64,000 bases of DNA, taken from a virus. The translations under genes were made by a program, and so were the position numbers. The notes beneath the pieces are model-generated. The model was not told the origin of the DNA. It searched no databases and saw nothing but the letters and a program-made list of their open reading frames with translations. The DNA lies in the IMG/VR virus record IMGVR_UViG_3300005841_000032, positions 46,428 through 110,427 of that record. The stretch is one strand, 5' to 3'. Below, piece by piece: positions 10,987 to 20,432 of the stretch (positions within the stretch are counted from its first letter, which is position 1; the number at the start of each line of letters is the position of its first letter).

Positions 10987-11008
10987 AAAAATACGGTTTG
11001 TAATTAAC

Positions 11009-11998
11009 TTACAGATTCGGTGAAAGCCTCCACTTAAATCCATATAATGTATCTAAATTACTTTTCCCTCTTATAAATCTACCAATAGCATCTGCTTTGC
11101 CACTATTATAATCGCCAGCTTCTTTTAAAGTTTTGAATTCTGCTAAAATTTCACCAGTAATAGCATCTAATTTCTGAACACTCGTTTTCCCATTTTCACT
11201 ATTTTTAGCCAATAGAATTCTATCATTAAACTGATCCAAAGACATTTTTTCATAATCTGATTTGTAAATAAATACAAAATTATGCGCCTTACGAACTGTA
11301 TTTAAGCAGCATGGAACAACTCCTGATATTTTAGTAATTTTCTTAGCTTGAGTTGCCGATTCATATTCAGCTATCAATCTACCATTAAAATCAAATTGTA
11401 ATACCCGTTTGGCATACATTTGAATCAATTTATTTTTTTCGCTTTCAGTGTAAATGCGTTTCTTTCTAACTCCCTTAAAATTTTTCCTTGCTTCTTTAGC
11501 CGAAACACTCATTTTGGCTCTTGTTTCATCACTAACTTTTTTACCCAAATTAGCCAATCTATTATTTTCTATTTCTTCTTTACTTTTAACACTGCCCTTT
11601 GGACGCCCTATTCTTTTCTTGGCTTCTGTAGAATATCTTATATCAGCTATACTCTTTTTAGCCCTTCTATCTTTATTGTACCCCAACTTATAAAATCGAT
11701 TATCTTTTTCAGAAGCAAAAAGAATATCGTTCAAATATTCTTGTTCAATATCTTTTAAATGATCCTTAAATCTATCCATAGACAAGCCTTTATTTTCTAC
11801 TACCTCTAAAATATATGGAATTAAAAATAGCCCATGCATTTGATATGCTTTGCACAAATCTTTATTTGAATGTTGTTGCAAGCGCATATATCGTTCATGG
11901 TCCTTTAATCTTCTAGCCAGATTGCAAGATGAACCAATATAAATTTTTGATTTATAAAAATCAACAATAGCATAAATGCCAGCCTTAACTGAATTCAT
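11009..11998 (-). CDS. GIY-YIG homing endonuclease (NUMOD3/NUMOD1-type repeats)
   Basis: GIYAI...IYIGSS...RRLKDH; GKKVSDETRAKMS; EYESATQA helix-turn-helix repeats. Confidence 0.9.
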   Translation of the reverse strand: MNSVKAGIYAIVDFYKSKIYIGSSCNLARRLKDHERYMRLQQHSNKDLCKAYQMHGLFLIPYILEVVENKGLSMDRFKDHLKDIEQEYLNDILFASEKDNRFYKLGYNKDRRAKKSIADIRYSTEAKKRIGRPKGSVKSKEEIENNRLANLGKKVSDETRAKMSVSAKEARKNFKGVRKKRIYTESEKNKLIQMYAKRVLQFDFNGRLIAEYESATQAKKITKISGVVPCCLNTVRKAHNFVFIYKSDYEKMSLDQFNDRILLAKNSENGKTSVQKLDAITGEILAEFKTLKEAGDYNSGKADAIGRFIRGKSNLDTLYGFKWRLSPNL

Positions 11999-12023
11999 GC
12001 TACAAATCTAATAAAAATAAATT

Positions 12024-12509
12024 TTATAAATTTGGTGAGAGTATAGGATTAAGATACCGGAAGCCAATATTATGTCCAGAAATAGTATTTTCAGTAATAT
12101 TAGCACCTTCTGTGTCAATGTATACTTGACCTAAGATTGCATAAGGAACTGCTTTTGGAATTTTCTTTCCAGTTTCATCTATCAAATCAGTTACTTTTTT
12201 GAAAATATCGATTTGAATTCCATCGCCTTCTAACAAAAGTTGATCATCAAACTCTTGATTAGTTTTTACATTTCTATTAATACCCCCTAATCCAGTACTT
12301 GTAAAATCAATTTCATAAAAATCACAAGAACCTCTACCGCCCCAAGATAAAATTGGAACCTCGCTAGTTAATGCCGTTCCTATTCCGCGGACTTCGCCGC
12401 GGCTCATATCTTCAGTCCAAGAAATATTACGCATTCTTCCTATCGCTGTACCATTTTTCCTAATTACTGCGATGTTGCCGGTGAGCACCTTGCCTTCGTT
12501 TGCTGCCAT
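12024..12509 (-). CDS. Tail tube protein
   Basis: 161 aa directly after sheath; IGRMRNISWTED...EVRGIG. Confidence 0.85.
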   Translation of the reverse strand: MAANEGKVLTGNIAVIRKNGTAIGRMRNISWTEDMSRGEVRGIGTALTSEVPILSWGGRGSCDFYEIDFTSTGLGGINRNVKTNQEFDDQLLLEGDGIQIDIFKKVTDLIDETGKKIPKAVPYAILGQVYIDTEGANITENTISGHNIGFRYLNPILSPNL

Positions 12510-12519
12510 TTATTTTTTA

Positions 12520-14502
12520 TTAACTATTAGGGTCTAAAATTGTACCAGTAAAGAAAATAAAATTAACAGCAGTATTGGCTACAAATGCATACGTTACTTC
12601 ATATGCATCTACATTCAATACTACATTTACGTCCCTAAAACTGATTATTAAATTGTCTTGATTATCTTTTGCGCACTTTGTTTGCAGATAATTTTCAACA
12701 AAAGTTTTTACATCTTCTGCCTTTAATGTATTACGATTTGTACCATCCGGTTTCTTAAGAAGAACCGTTTTTGCATTAAATACCAACTCCTTATTTAATT
12801 GCCTTTCAATACGTGCCAGTTGCTTACTATAAGTTGAGCCGTCAGGGTTGACTAGTAATTGATCATTTTGAAGAGTATTAATTCCTTCAACAATTTCAAA
12901 AGAATTTCCAATTGCGCGCGTCATTAGCACACCATTCGACAAACCTAATTCAAGGTCATTCTTTTTAAGTGAATGAGCTTCTCCCTCAATTCCAATGTTT
13001 TTAAATGTCAATGGAATCTGTGGCGCTAATCCTGCTTCACGACCAAGTATTGCTGCTGCTTTATAAATAGAATCGTAATGCTTAAACCCTTGTCCGCCTA
13101 TCGCTATCTTATTTGCACCACCATGTACCAATGTTACATATTGACTATCAAAAGCCACTGCTAATGAATTAGAACTATTGGAACCCGTATTCCAATCAGA
13201 AACATCGTAGCCTCCACCAATATAAATATCTGGTTTAATTTGAAGTTCATTTGTTGCAAATTCAATAATAGAAAGATTAGAAGTAGATCGTGCATTAACA
13301 CCCCAATCATCTGCAAGTATAAAATCAAACGTTAAATCTGCAATAGCCTCTAAAGCATCTGTAAGATCGTCTGAGCTATAAGATTCAGTGCCGCCTACTG
13401 CTTTTTCATAAATGCTATATGCAGCAAGATCATCAGTTGTAATTTCATCACTAGCCCCTATTGAATAATCTGCAAGCGTAAAGTAAAATTTGAATGTAAA
13501 GTTACTATTCATCCAGTTTACTAATTCCTGAACAGTGCTAACCTCTGGTGATTTTACAATCAATTCAGGAATAGTACTTAATTCTGGAATTCCATCAAAA
13601 TCTTCTGGAGCGTCAATTGAAATAATGCCATCTAATCCTTTATATGTTCCCCTATAAAAACTCAAGATGAATTTAGTATCGTCTACTTTTCCAGCTGACA
13701 TTCTTGCAGCATAACCACGAGTAAGAATGGTTCCCTCTACCCCACCTGAAAAATTACCACTGTTACCTGCAACTGAACCGGTTGTCTGAATAGTAGCAGG
13801 TAATCCATTCAATGAATCCGCTGAACCATGAGGTGCGTAAATCACTATCTGAGTTGTGTTTTGTGAAAACACTTCACATAAACCATTTGCATCTATTGCC
13901 GATGCAAGTCCTGCAACAATTGCTACAATATTGTCACCGGGTTTAACTACATAGGTTCCAGCAGGTTCACCTCCAATATTTACAGCAATAGAGTCACCGA
14001 CTACACCAACATTAGTAATTGTTATTGTTGCTTTTGCCCTTGTTTCGTCTCCGAGCACTCCATTCCCAATATACCCCTCGGCATTCACTTGAATATCGAG
14101 CGAACCATCATTTTCATCACCATCACTAGCCGATGAGCCAAAAAATAAATTAATTTCAGCCGGAACGGTTTGTGCGGCGCGAATATAAGTTAGACTATCT
14201 ATCCCTTTTGAAGCTCCGCCTCCGGGCAAGAACAATGGACCGGCAAGAAACCAATGTAAGCCACCTTTTTGAAATTTTCTAAATTCTCCTAATTGATTAA
14301 AAGTATAAATAGCATCTTTACCGCTTTTCAATGTGCCATTTATACCGGAGCCTCCACCATAAAACTTTGAATTACCCGTAGAAATTAACAAAGTATTACC
14401 AAAACCTAATTGCAATACCGGAGAAGTAATGCCTCCCTTAATTGTTGAATAAGCTCCGGGAATTGTAATAACTGAAGAGTCGAAAAAATGCTGTCCGGCC
14501 AT
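12520..14502 (-). CDS. Tail sheath protein
   Basis: N-terminal IPGAYS, AAAILGREAGLAPQIPLTFK, IVEGINTLQ, C-terminal VNFIFFTG. Confidence 0.92.
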   Translation of the reverse strand: MAGQHFFDSSVITIPGAYSTIKGGITSPVLQLGFGNTLLISTGNSKFYGGGSGINGTLKSGKDAIYTFNQLGEFRKFQKGGLHWFLAGPLFLPGGGASKGIDSLTYIRAAQTVPAEINLFFGSSASDGDENDGSLDIQVNAEGYIGNGVLGDETRAKATITITNVGVVGDSIAVNIGGEPAGTYVVKPGDNIVAIVAGLASAIDANGLCEVFSQNTTQIVIYAPHGSADSLNGLPATIQTTGSVAGNSGNFSGGVEGTILTRGYAARMSAGKVDDTKFILSFYRGTYKGLDGIISIDAPEDFDGIPELSTIPELIVKSPEVSTVQELVNWMNSNFTFKFYFTLADYSIGASDEITTDDLAAYSIYEKAVGGTESYSSDDLTDALEAIADLTFDFILADDWGVNARSTSNLSIIEFATNELQIKPDIYIGGGYDVSDWNTGSNSSNSLAVAFDSQYVTLVHGGANKIAIGGQGFKHYDSIYKAAAILGREAGLAPQIPLTFKNIGIEGEAHSLKKNDLELGLSNGVLMTRAIGNSFEIVEGINTLQNDQLLVNPDGSTYSKQLARIERQLNKELVFNAKTVLLKKPDGTNRNTLKAEDVKTFVENYLQTKCAKDNQDNLIISFRDVNVVLNVDAYEVTYAFVANTAVNFIFFTGTILDPNS

Positions 14503-14558
14503 TAGGTGTCTTTAAAATGCGTTAATCTTAAAAATACCAAATCGGCGTTTATAATTCC

Positions 14559-15317
14559 CTAACTTGAACTATCGTTTAAATCGTCGCTTTCTTCAAATTC
14601 AATTGAACCTTGTGGCGTTTCTGCTCCTTCTGGCTTCCAATATATTCTTATTTTTCTAAATATTTCCTGAATCACAATAGATGGTGACACTTGCTCATAT
14701 TCAAATGTTAACACTATCGCTTTCTGGAATAATCTATCTGGAATCTCATTTCTCATTTTCAATTCCTGACCTGCTATTTTTATATTACTTAATCCCGTTA
14801 ACTCAAAGTGATTTATGCAAGAGACTAGAAGGGCTTTCATAACATTATAAATAACTGTCATTTCTACTCTATTCTCGCAAACGATTAGAACGTAATGGGT
14901 AGCTAGATAACGTCTCATATATTGAGCCCTATATTGATCTGGTTCAGGGGCGTTATTAGCTATTTCAATTTCATCCTGATCTCCTTCACCTATCATTATT
15001 GAATTATTTGCGGGGCTTTCAGATGGTTGCGTAATGTATAATTGCGGCACCTTTGTGTCATTGTGATCAAAGTTTAGAGTGCAATTGAAATGCTTTGGAC
15101 TTTGAGGAGTAGTTATAAAAATCTTTACCGCTTCGTCATATAAACTTCTATTTGATACCGTTTGATTATTTAATAGCAAGTAAAGTAAGCCTTCTTCTTG
15201 TTTTCCTTCTATTTGCTTATTTCTGTAATCGTCTCTTATCGTTATCAATAACTGATTGATTGTTTCTAAGATAACGTGCTCGGGCAACAGGAGGGGTATA
15301 TTGTTCAAAACTGCCAT
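14559..15317 (-). CDS. Tail terminator / neck protein (start revised to ATG 15317)
   Basis: Immediately upstream of sheath; the longer track start runs through a terminator and promoter motif. Confidence 0.6.
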   Translation of the reverse strand: MAVLNNIPLLLPEHVILETINQLLITIRDDYRNKQIEGKQEEGLLYLLLNNQTVSNRSLYDEAVKIFITTPQSPKHFNCTLNFDHNDTKVPQLYITQPSESPANNSIMIGEGDQDEIEIANNAPEPDQYRAQYMRRYLATHYVLIVCENRVEMTVIYNVMKALLVSCINHFELTGLSNIKIAGQELKMRNEIPDRLFQKAIVLTFEYEQVSPSIVIQEIFRKIRIYWKPEGAETPQGSIEFEESDDLNDSSS

Positions 15318-15332
15318 TACCTTAAAAATACG

Positions 15333-15355
15333 AAAACCCGCCTTTGAAGCGGGTT
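15333..15355 (-). terminator. Rho-independent terminator
   Basis: AACCCGC-TTCAAAG-GCGGGTT followed by T residues. Confidence 0.7.
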
Positions 15356-15585
15356 CTACTTTAAGCCAAAAAAAAAGGAATTTCAATTTTTATTTTGAAG
15401 CGTCCTCCACGCAATAGTATCTAATTTTGTACTAATTCCATATCTTGGCATAACTTCAATATCACGAATCAATTCTGAAATCAATCTACCACGAGAAACC
15501 AATCCATGTTTAACACCTGTAAATTTAGCAAGAACTTTTTAAAGGAATTTTTTAAAATATTTTTGATAAGAAATTTAGCAAATTG

Positions 15586-16326
15586 CTAAAATATATCATC
15601 TAATATTTCCCCCACAATTTTTGGAACGTCAAAGTTAGCTAAAGTTTTCCCAAATAAATCCCTTTTTTCAAATCCCGGATGCCAAAATGCCATTGGATCA
15701 GATTTTGAACTTACCCGCCTAAATGACGTATAGCTATTCTGCTTTGTGACACTATCTTTTTTCTTTGTTATTCCTTCATGAATACTATGCTTATGCTGAT
15801 ATTCTTTGATAGCATTAGTTCCCGGCATAGTTATTTTCTTAACCTGTGGCTGCTGAAACTTTTTAGGTAAATCGCCTTTCTTTATTGGTTGACCTACATC
15901 CTTTTTCTTTGCAACCTTATAAACTTCTTCCGGCATTATATTGCTAAAATTTTCAGGCAAGGCACTGGGTGTCCCGTGAGTAAATGGAACAGTATTGTAA
16001 GTTGATCCTGATTTACTTTGCTTTGCATTTGGGCCTGCCAAAAGATCAGGTTTCATATCCCAACTTGGCTTTCCGCTTTCAATGGCATTAGCTAATTCAC
16101 CCGTCAATACTACCGCGCCTTGAGCAAATCCTTCATCAACTACATTAATATTAGAAATATATTCTAATCGTGCAGTATGTAAGTTGTTGTTTGCTTCTGT
16201 TTCTAATGCCTGTGCAAATCTTCCAGTTACTTCTTTTACTGTATGATCAATAAGATTCCTTACATCTTCATCACTCAATGAATATGCTTCAACTAATGGT
16301 GTCGGATCAAAGTCAATTTTTATCAA
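15586..16326 (-). CDS. Neck / tail completion protein
   Basis: WDMKPDLL, YTSFRRVSSKSDPMAFWHPG motifs seen in neck proteins of large myoviruses; synteny. Confidence 0.6.
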   Translation of the reverse strand: MIKIDFDPTPLVEAYSLSDEDVRNLIDHTVKEVTGRFAQALETEANNNLHTARLEYISNINVVDEGFAQGAVVLTGELANAIESGKPSWDMKPDLLAGPNAKQSKSGSTYNTVPFTHGTPSALPENFSNIMPEEVYKVAKKKDVGQPIKKGDLPKKFQQPQVKKITMPGTNAIKEYQHKHSIHEGITKKKDSVTKQNSYTSFRRVSSKSDPMAFWHPGFEKRDLFGKTLANFDVPKIVGEILDDIF

Positions 16327-17267
16327 ATTGATTCACTTAAAAGTATTCCAAGCGCCACTTTTTGCGCACTTGTTAAATTGTCAAAAATAGTTTGCGCTGA
16401 GCTATATTTCAATTGCCTTATAAAAGCTGGCAATTCTTCCGGTTCACAAGCATTAGGTAACCAACTATTATCCAATAAACGGTCACCAGTATAGTTTTCT
16501 GTATCCTTAATTAGATGCGCTCTTTTACCAATCGCTCTTATTGGCAATATTAATTCTTCTTGACCTTGCGATACATTATTTTTTGTTGAAGTCAATGATT
16601 CTCTTACAATATCTATAATATGAAATACGGGTCTATGAACAAAACGAATAGAAACAGAAGGCGCAGTAATATTATTTGATTCAAGAAACGTTGTAAACGT
16701 ATTGCTATATTCAATAACATTATCATGAAATGTATAGTCAATATATTCCTCTAACTTCTTTATTGGTTCATCGTCACTTACGAACAATCCAATAAAATGG
16801 ATAGACTCAATATTATACTTTGTAAATGAAAAGTAATTAGTATCATCATCATTCAATGTAGGAAACATTACTTGAGTATGATGCGCTGTTGCATTTTCAA
16901 TAGTTATGCGATCCATGAATGATAACTTGTTTTCATCAAATGAAGTTATCATTACGGAACCAGAATCAATCATGCCCCAATCTACAAATTGATTTTGATT
17001 AAATTTACCATCATGAGCAATACCAGTAATAATCATTCTGGTTCTAGTGGGATTGGCAAATATATAGCCAATACCACCACAATTCATGCATTGATTCCTA
17101 TGATCTATTTCTTTAGTCTTACATGGGCAAAGAATAACGGTTTCATAGATAACCTTGTAACCTTTATTGGTTACCATGCCATCTATATCTTCTTTTCTAA
17201 AGCTAGATTGCTTTACCTCTGTCCCCGGCAGGGATTGATTAATTATAGTTTTTTGAGACGGGCGCAT
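16323..17267 (-). CDS. Head closure / neck protein
   Basis: CPC...CxxCGGxGY motif and position between adaptor and tail completion genes. Confidence 0.65.
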   Translation of the reverse strand: MRPSQKTIINQSLPGTEVKQSSFRKEDIDGMVTNKGYKVIYETVILCPCKTKEIDHRNQCMNCGGIGYIFANPTRTRMIITGIAHDGKFNQNQFVDWGMIDSGSVMITSFDENKLSFMDRITIENATAHHTQVMFPTLNDDDTNYFSFTKYNIESIHFIGLFVSDDEPIKKLEEYIDYTFHDNVIEYSNTFTTFLESNNITAPSVSIRFVHRPVFHIIDIVRESLTSTKNNVSQGQEELILPIRAIGKRAHLIKDTENYTGDRLLDNSWLPNACEPEELPAFIRQLKYSSAQTIFDNLTSAQKVALGILLSESI

Positions 17268-17287
17268 AAATTGCCATTTTTACTTTA

Positions 17288-18091
17288 TTAAAGTGCGCCA
17301 ATAGATATACCCCGATATCTCGCAATAAGGCGAGGAATAGTAATATCCATATCTTTTTCATATTGCACAATTCTACTAGAAAAAACCCCATACATTGCGC
17401 TGGCAGAGGTACTAATAGACTGACTGACGCCATCAACAGAATTCGACACACCTGTCACCCCAACGCCAAATAAAATGTCACCCATCGCATTGAACATATT
17501 TATTGTGGCTTGTTTACCAATCACATTCAATATGTCTGCCGGAATACCTCTTTTACAATCTCCAATTCCCGTTAAATATTTAACGCTCCAGTAGTTTGGG
17601 ATTGTGGTATTACCTAGAAATCCCATATAAGGAGTTACACCAATAAATACAGCCGTACTTGATAAGGTTGTAGTTGGTCCATTAATCGGTACAAGATTTA
17701 TTGACCTCCAAAATAAATCAGGGTCACTACTTTTCTTTGTTGAAATCTGACTTTCTGGATAACTAATTTGAAGTGTAGTGTTAATAAACCCCTGTACACT
17801 ATATGCTTTTATTGCCGGATAAGTTGTAGGAATGTATCCAAACTTTCTATAATCATTATTGTGATAATCTCTTCCTTCTTCTACCGCTTGCCTTACAAGT
17901 TTTATTGAAAGATAATTCTCTATTTCTCTTTGAGCTGCTTCAGTATAAAAATTTATTGTTTCCTCAGGGATAGGATTTCCAAATTGATCCTGTAAGTCAA
18001 TGCCAATAAAATAAAGATTCTTTATCTCAGTTGCATTGTAAACTAAGCCTGTATTTTTTGAATATTTAATCGATAAGACAAGTTCAGCCAT
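17288..18091 (-). CDS. Head-tail adaptor
   Basis: AQREIENYL, IPADILNVIGK, SVDGVSQSIST motifs; follows capsid genes. Confidence 0.75.
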   Translation of the reverse strand: MAELVLSIKYSKNTGLVYNATEIKNLYFIGIDLQDQFGNPIPEETINFYTEAAQREIENYLSIKLVRQAVEEGRDYHNNDYRKFGYIPTTYPAIKAYSVQGFINTTLQISYPESQISTKKSSDPDLFWRSINLVPINGPTTTLSSTAVFIGVTPYMGFLGNTTIPNYWSVKYLTGIGDCKRGIPADILNVIGKQATINMFNAMGDILFGVGVTGVSNSVDGVSQSISTSASAMYGVFSSRIVQYEKDMDITIPRLIARYRGISIGAL

Positions 18092-18649
18092 TTAGCTTTT
18101 CTTAATCTCTCTTACCTTCTTTCTTACTTCATCAGAACGTTCCCTTTCTTGTTTTGGTCTTGCTTCTCCAAAATGATATTCCGCTTGAGCCGTATGATGA
18201 ATTTCTTTTTCTTCCGATTCTTTTTTCATCCCCTCATACTTTTTTGCCTCTTCTTTATCGCCATCTGCTTTTGACATATTGGCAAGTGCATCATAGTGAT
18301 ACTTTTTATCTCTTTCCTTTTTTGCTAAATCCTGATGCTTATAGCCAGCTTCATGATGATCATTTTCATGAAAATTAGAATAATCAGAATGCTTGCCGTC
18401 TTTATAAATATCCTTTCCGGAATAAGTTTTGCTAATAGAGCTTCTTTTATCTTCTTCTGCTTTCTCCAAATAATTGCCTTTATTCAATTTCTCTAATTGA
18501 TTTAAGGCACTTTCGTACAAAGGTTGATCTATGACACCCTTTTCTAATTTGTTTTTTAAAGATTGTTTAATTACGTCTACCGGCTCTGGTTTATACAATT
18601 TTTCAAGCCAAGTTCCTTTGTAGGAGTCAAGAGAAGTGATTCTATTCAT
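18092..18649 (-). CDS. Charged, His-rich protein, possible internal head protein (start revised to 18649)
   Basis: LEKG/LEKA motifs; ATG 4 nt after the late-promoter motif. Confidence 0.5.
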   Translation of the reverse strand: MNRITSLDSYKGTWLEKLYKPEPVDVIKQSLKNKLEKGVIDQPLYESALNQLEKLNKGNYLEKAEEDKRSSISKTYSGKDIYKDGKHSDYSNFHENDHHEAGYKHQDLAKKERDKKYHYDALANMSKADGDKEEAKKYEGMKKESEEKEIHHTAQAEYHFGEARPKQERERSDEVRKKVREIKKS

Positions 18650-18677
18650 GTTCTTAAAAATACGCAATTATATAAGC

Positions 18678-18705
18678 AAAAAAGCCCGTCCTTTTGGGAC
18701 GGGCT
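18678..18705 (-). terminator. Rho-independent terminator
   Basis: AGCCCGTCC...GGACGGGCT stem followed by T tract. Confidence 0.85.
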
Positions 18706-18729
18706 ATATTCTTCTATTTTTGATTATTT

Positions 18730-19116
18730 TTATTTAGCTGTCATTTTTTCAAACAATACCTTTCTCAATTTTCCATCTGTTGCCCCCTCCATTTTAATCA
18801 GGTCTATTCCAGCTTCTTTTGCAAGAGTTACCAATTGCTCAAAATTGAGTGATTCTAATTGCTCCTTAACGGCCTTATTTTCTTCTTCCTGCTTCAATGC
18901 CTCTTTTTCTTCCTTGGTCAATTTTATAACTTTGTCTCCGGGTTTGATATACTTTCGGAAATCAAAAGAGGGTCTGGTTAATTCAAGAAACTCAGTTACC
19001 TGTTCGTCGTCAACTTCCAATAGACCATTCTTGTCAAATGTAGCTTGTCCGATCAATGGGAATGTTACTGTTTGCTCTGCATATTCAGTAGGGTACTTAT
19101 TAGAGATTAGTTTCAT
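18730..19116 (-). CDS. Hypothetical head-region protein
   Basis: 128 aa downstream of capsid; short helical C-terminal domain. Confidence 0.5.
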   Translation of the reverse strand: MKLISNKYPTEYAEQTVTFPLIGQATFDKNGLLEVDDEQVTEFLELTRPSFDFRKYIKPGDKVIKLTKEEKEALKQEEENKAVKEQLESLNFEQLVTLAKEAGIDLIKMEGATDGKLRKVLFEKMTAK

Positions 19117-19149
19117 GTTTTATTGTTTTTGTAACAAAACTAAATCAAA

Positions 19150-20358
19150 TTATTCTAATTTCAAAGGATAATTTTCAGTCTTTTTCTTAAAAATATAATC
19201 GCCGCAATAACCAGTTCTTCCACTTAAATTATTACTAATTGCACCCCTATTCAATCCATATTTTTCGGCTGCAAGATAAATGCCATCAAATTCTTCTATA
19301 AATAAAAGGGTATGACGATTATAAGCTAAAATATGTTTTATAGTTAAATGATATTTTATCTTTTTACGAATAAAGTCAATACCTAATTCATCCATATCTC
19401 TTTTCTTCCACCAAAAATAACCATGACAATAATGATCCTTTTTCATTTCTCTGTTAATATTAGATTGAATGTTTTTTCTACCAAGCGACAATGCAGCCGC
19501 AACTTCTCCTTTATGTTCAGCGACTACATTCCCCTCTTTATCAATTTGAACAATAATTGAAACTGGTTTTTCGCTTACTCTTTTTAACCAATTGTCATAA
19601 TCTTTATATTTTGGTATTGGAGTTATTTTTAAAGGGAAGTCTTCGCTCTTTTTCTTTACAAGGTGCTTGTCTTTTATGTATCTACGCACACCTTTCAAAA
19701 CTTTTGAAATATTGCTACGATGAGTGTTAAATTTTCTAGCACATTGTCTTAGCCCAACAATTTCTTCAATGAAATAACCAGTATGCATATCATACACTAG
19801 AATATGAGTTTTTAATTTTTTAGCCTTTTCGCTATTTGCATTAGCAATTCTAAGTTTCTCTCTAAATTCATCTGTTTTACGAAACGCTGTTACTCTTTCT
19901 ACAAATTCTTCTTGCTGCCACAAAATTCTTAGTGTTTTATTTCTTTTATCAATGCTTATTTGACTCTGTTTTTTAGGCTTGTGACTATACGTATAACCAC
20001 GCATATCATTAACGCTGGGCTTTATATTAAAGCCATATTTATGAAACCTGTAATCATTCCATTTAGAATCTATATATTCTTGAGCATACAAAAATATATC
20101 TAAATACAATTGCTCTGTTTTAAATTGAATATTTATATCAGTATACTCAAGAATGTAGGCTCTAAATGAAGATTCTCCATAATTATCAAATGCCTCTAAC
20201 AACAAATTGTTTGGATGATAACTCCCCCTTAATGCAGATATATGCGCTCCAATTCTATTCTTAACATCGTAAGAAGAGCCTATATAAATTCTATTATCTT
20301 TTAGGCATTCTATACAATATACTCCCGATTCACCCCTAATATTGTCTTCAATTTGCAT
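19150..20358 (-). CDS. GIY-YIG homing endonuclease
   Basis: SGVYCI...IYIGSS...RIGAH; three NUMOD1-like C-terminal repeats. Confidence 0.9.
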   Translation of the reverse strand: MQIEDNIRGESGVYCIECLKDNRIYIGSSYDVKNRIGAHISALRGSYHPNNLLLEAFDNYGESSFRAYILEYTDINIQFKTEQLYLDIFLYAQEYIDSKWNDYRFHKYGFNIKPSVNDMRGYTYSHKPKKQSQISIDKRNKTLRILWQQEEFVERVTAFRKTDEFREKLRIANANSEKAKKLKTHILVYDMHTGYFIEEIVGLRQCARKFNTHRSNISKVLKGVRRYIKDKHLVKKKSEDFPLKITPIPKYKDYDNWLKRVSEKPVSIIVQIDKEGNVVAEHKGEVAAALSLGRKNIQSNINREMKKDHYCHGYFWWKKRDMDELGIDFIRKKIKYHLTIKHILAYNRHTLLFIEEFDGIYLAAEKYGLNRGAISNNLSGRTGYCGDYIFKKKTENYPLKLE

Positions 20359-20370
20359 AAATGCAAAAAT

Positions 20371-20404
20371 AAAAAAGAGACACTAATTTTCATAGCGTCT
20401 CTTT
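20371..20404 (-). terminator. Terminator after major capsid gene
   Basis: AAAGAGACGCTA...TAGTGTCTCTTTTTT hairpin on minus strand. Confidence 0.7.
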
Positions 20405-20432
20405 CGATAAAACCTTTATTTATTGTTGCTTA

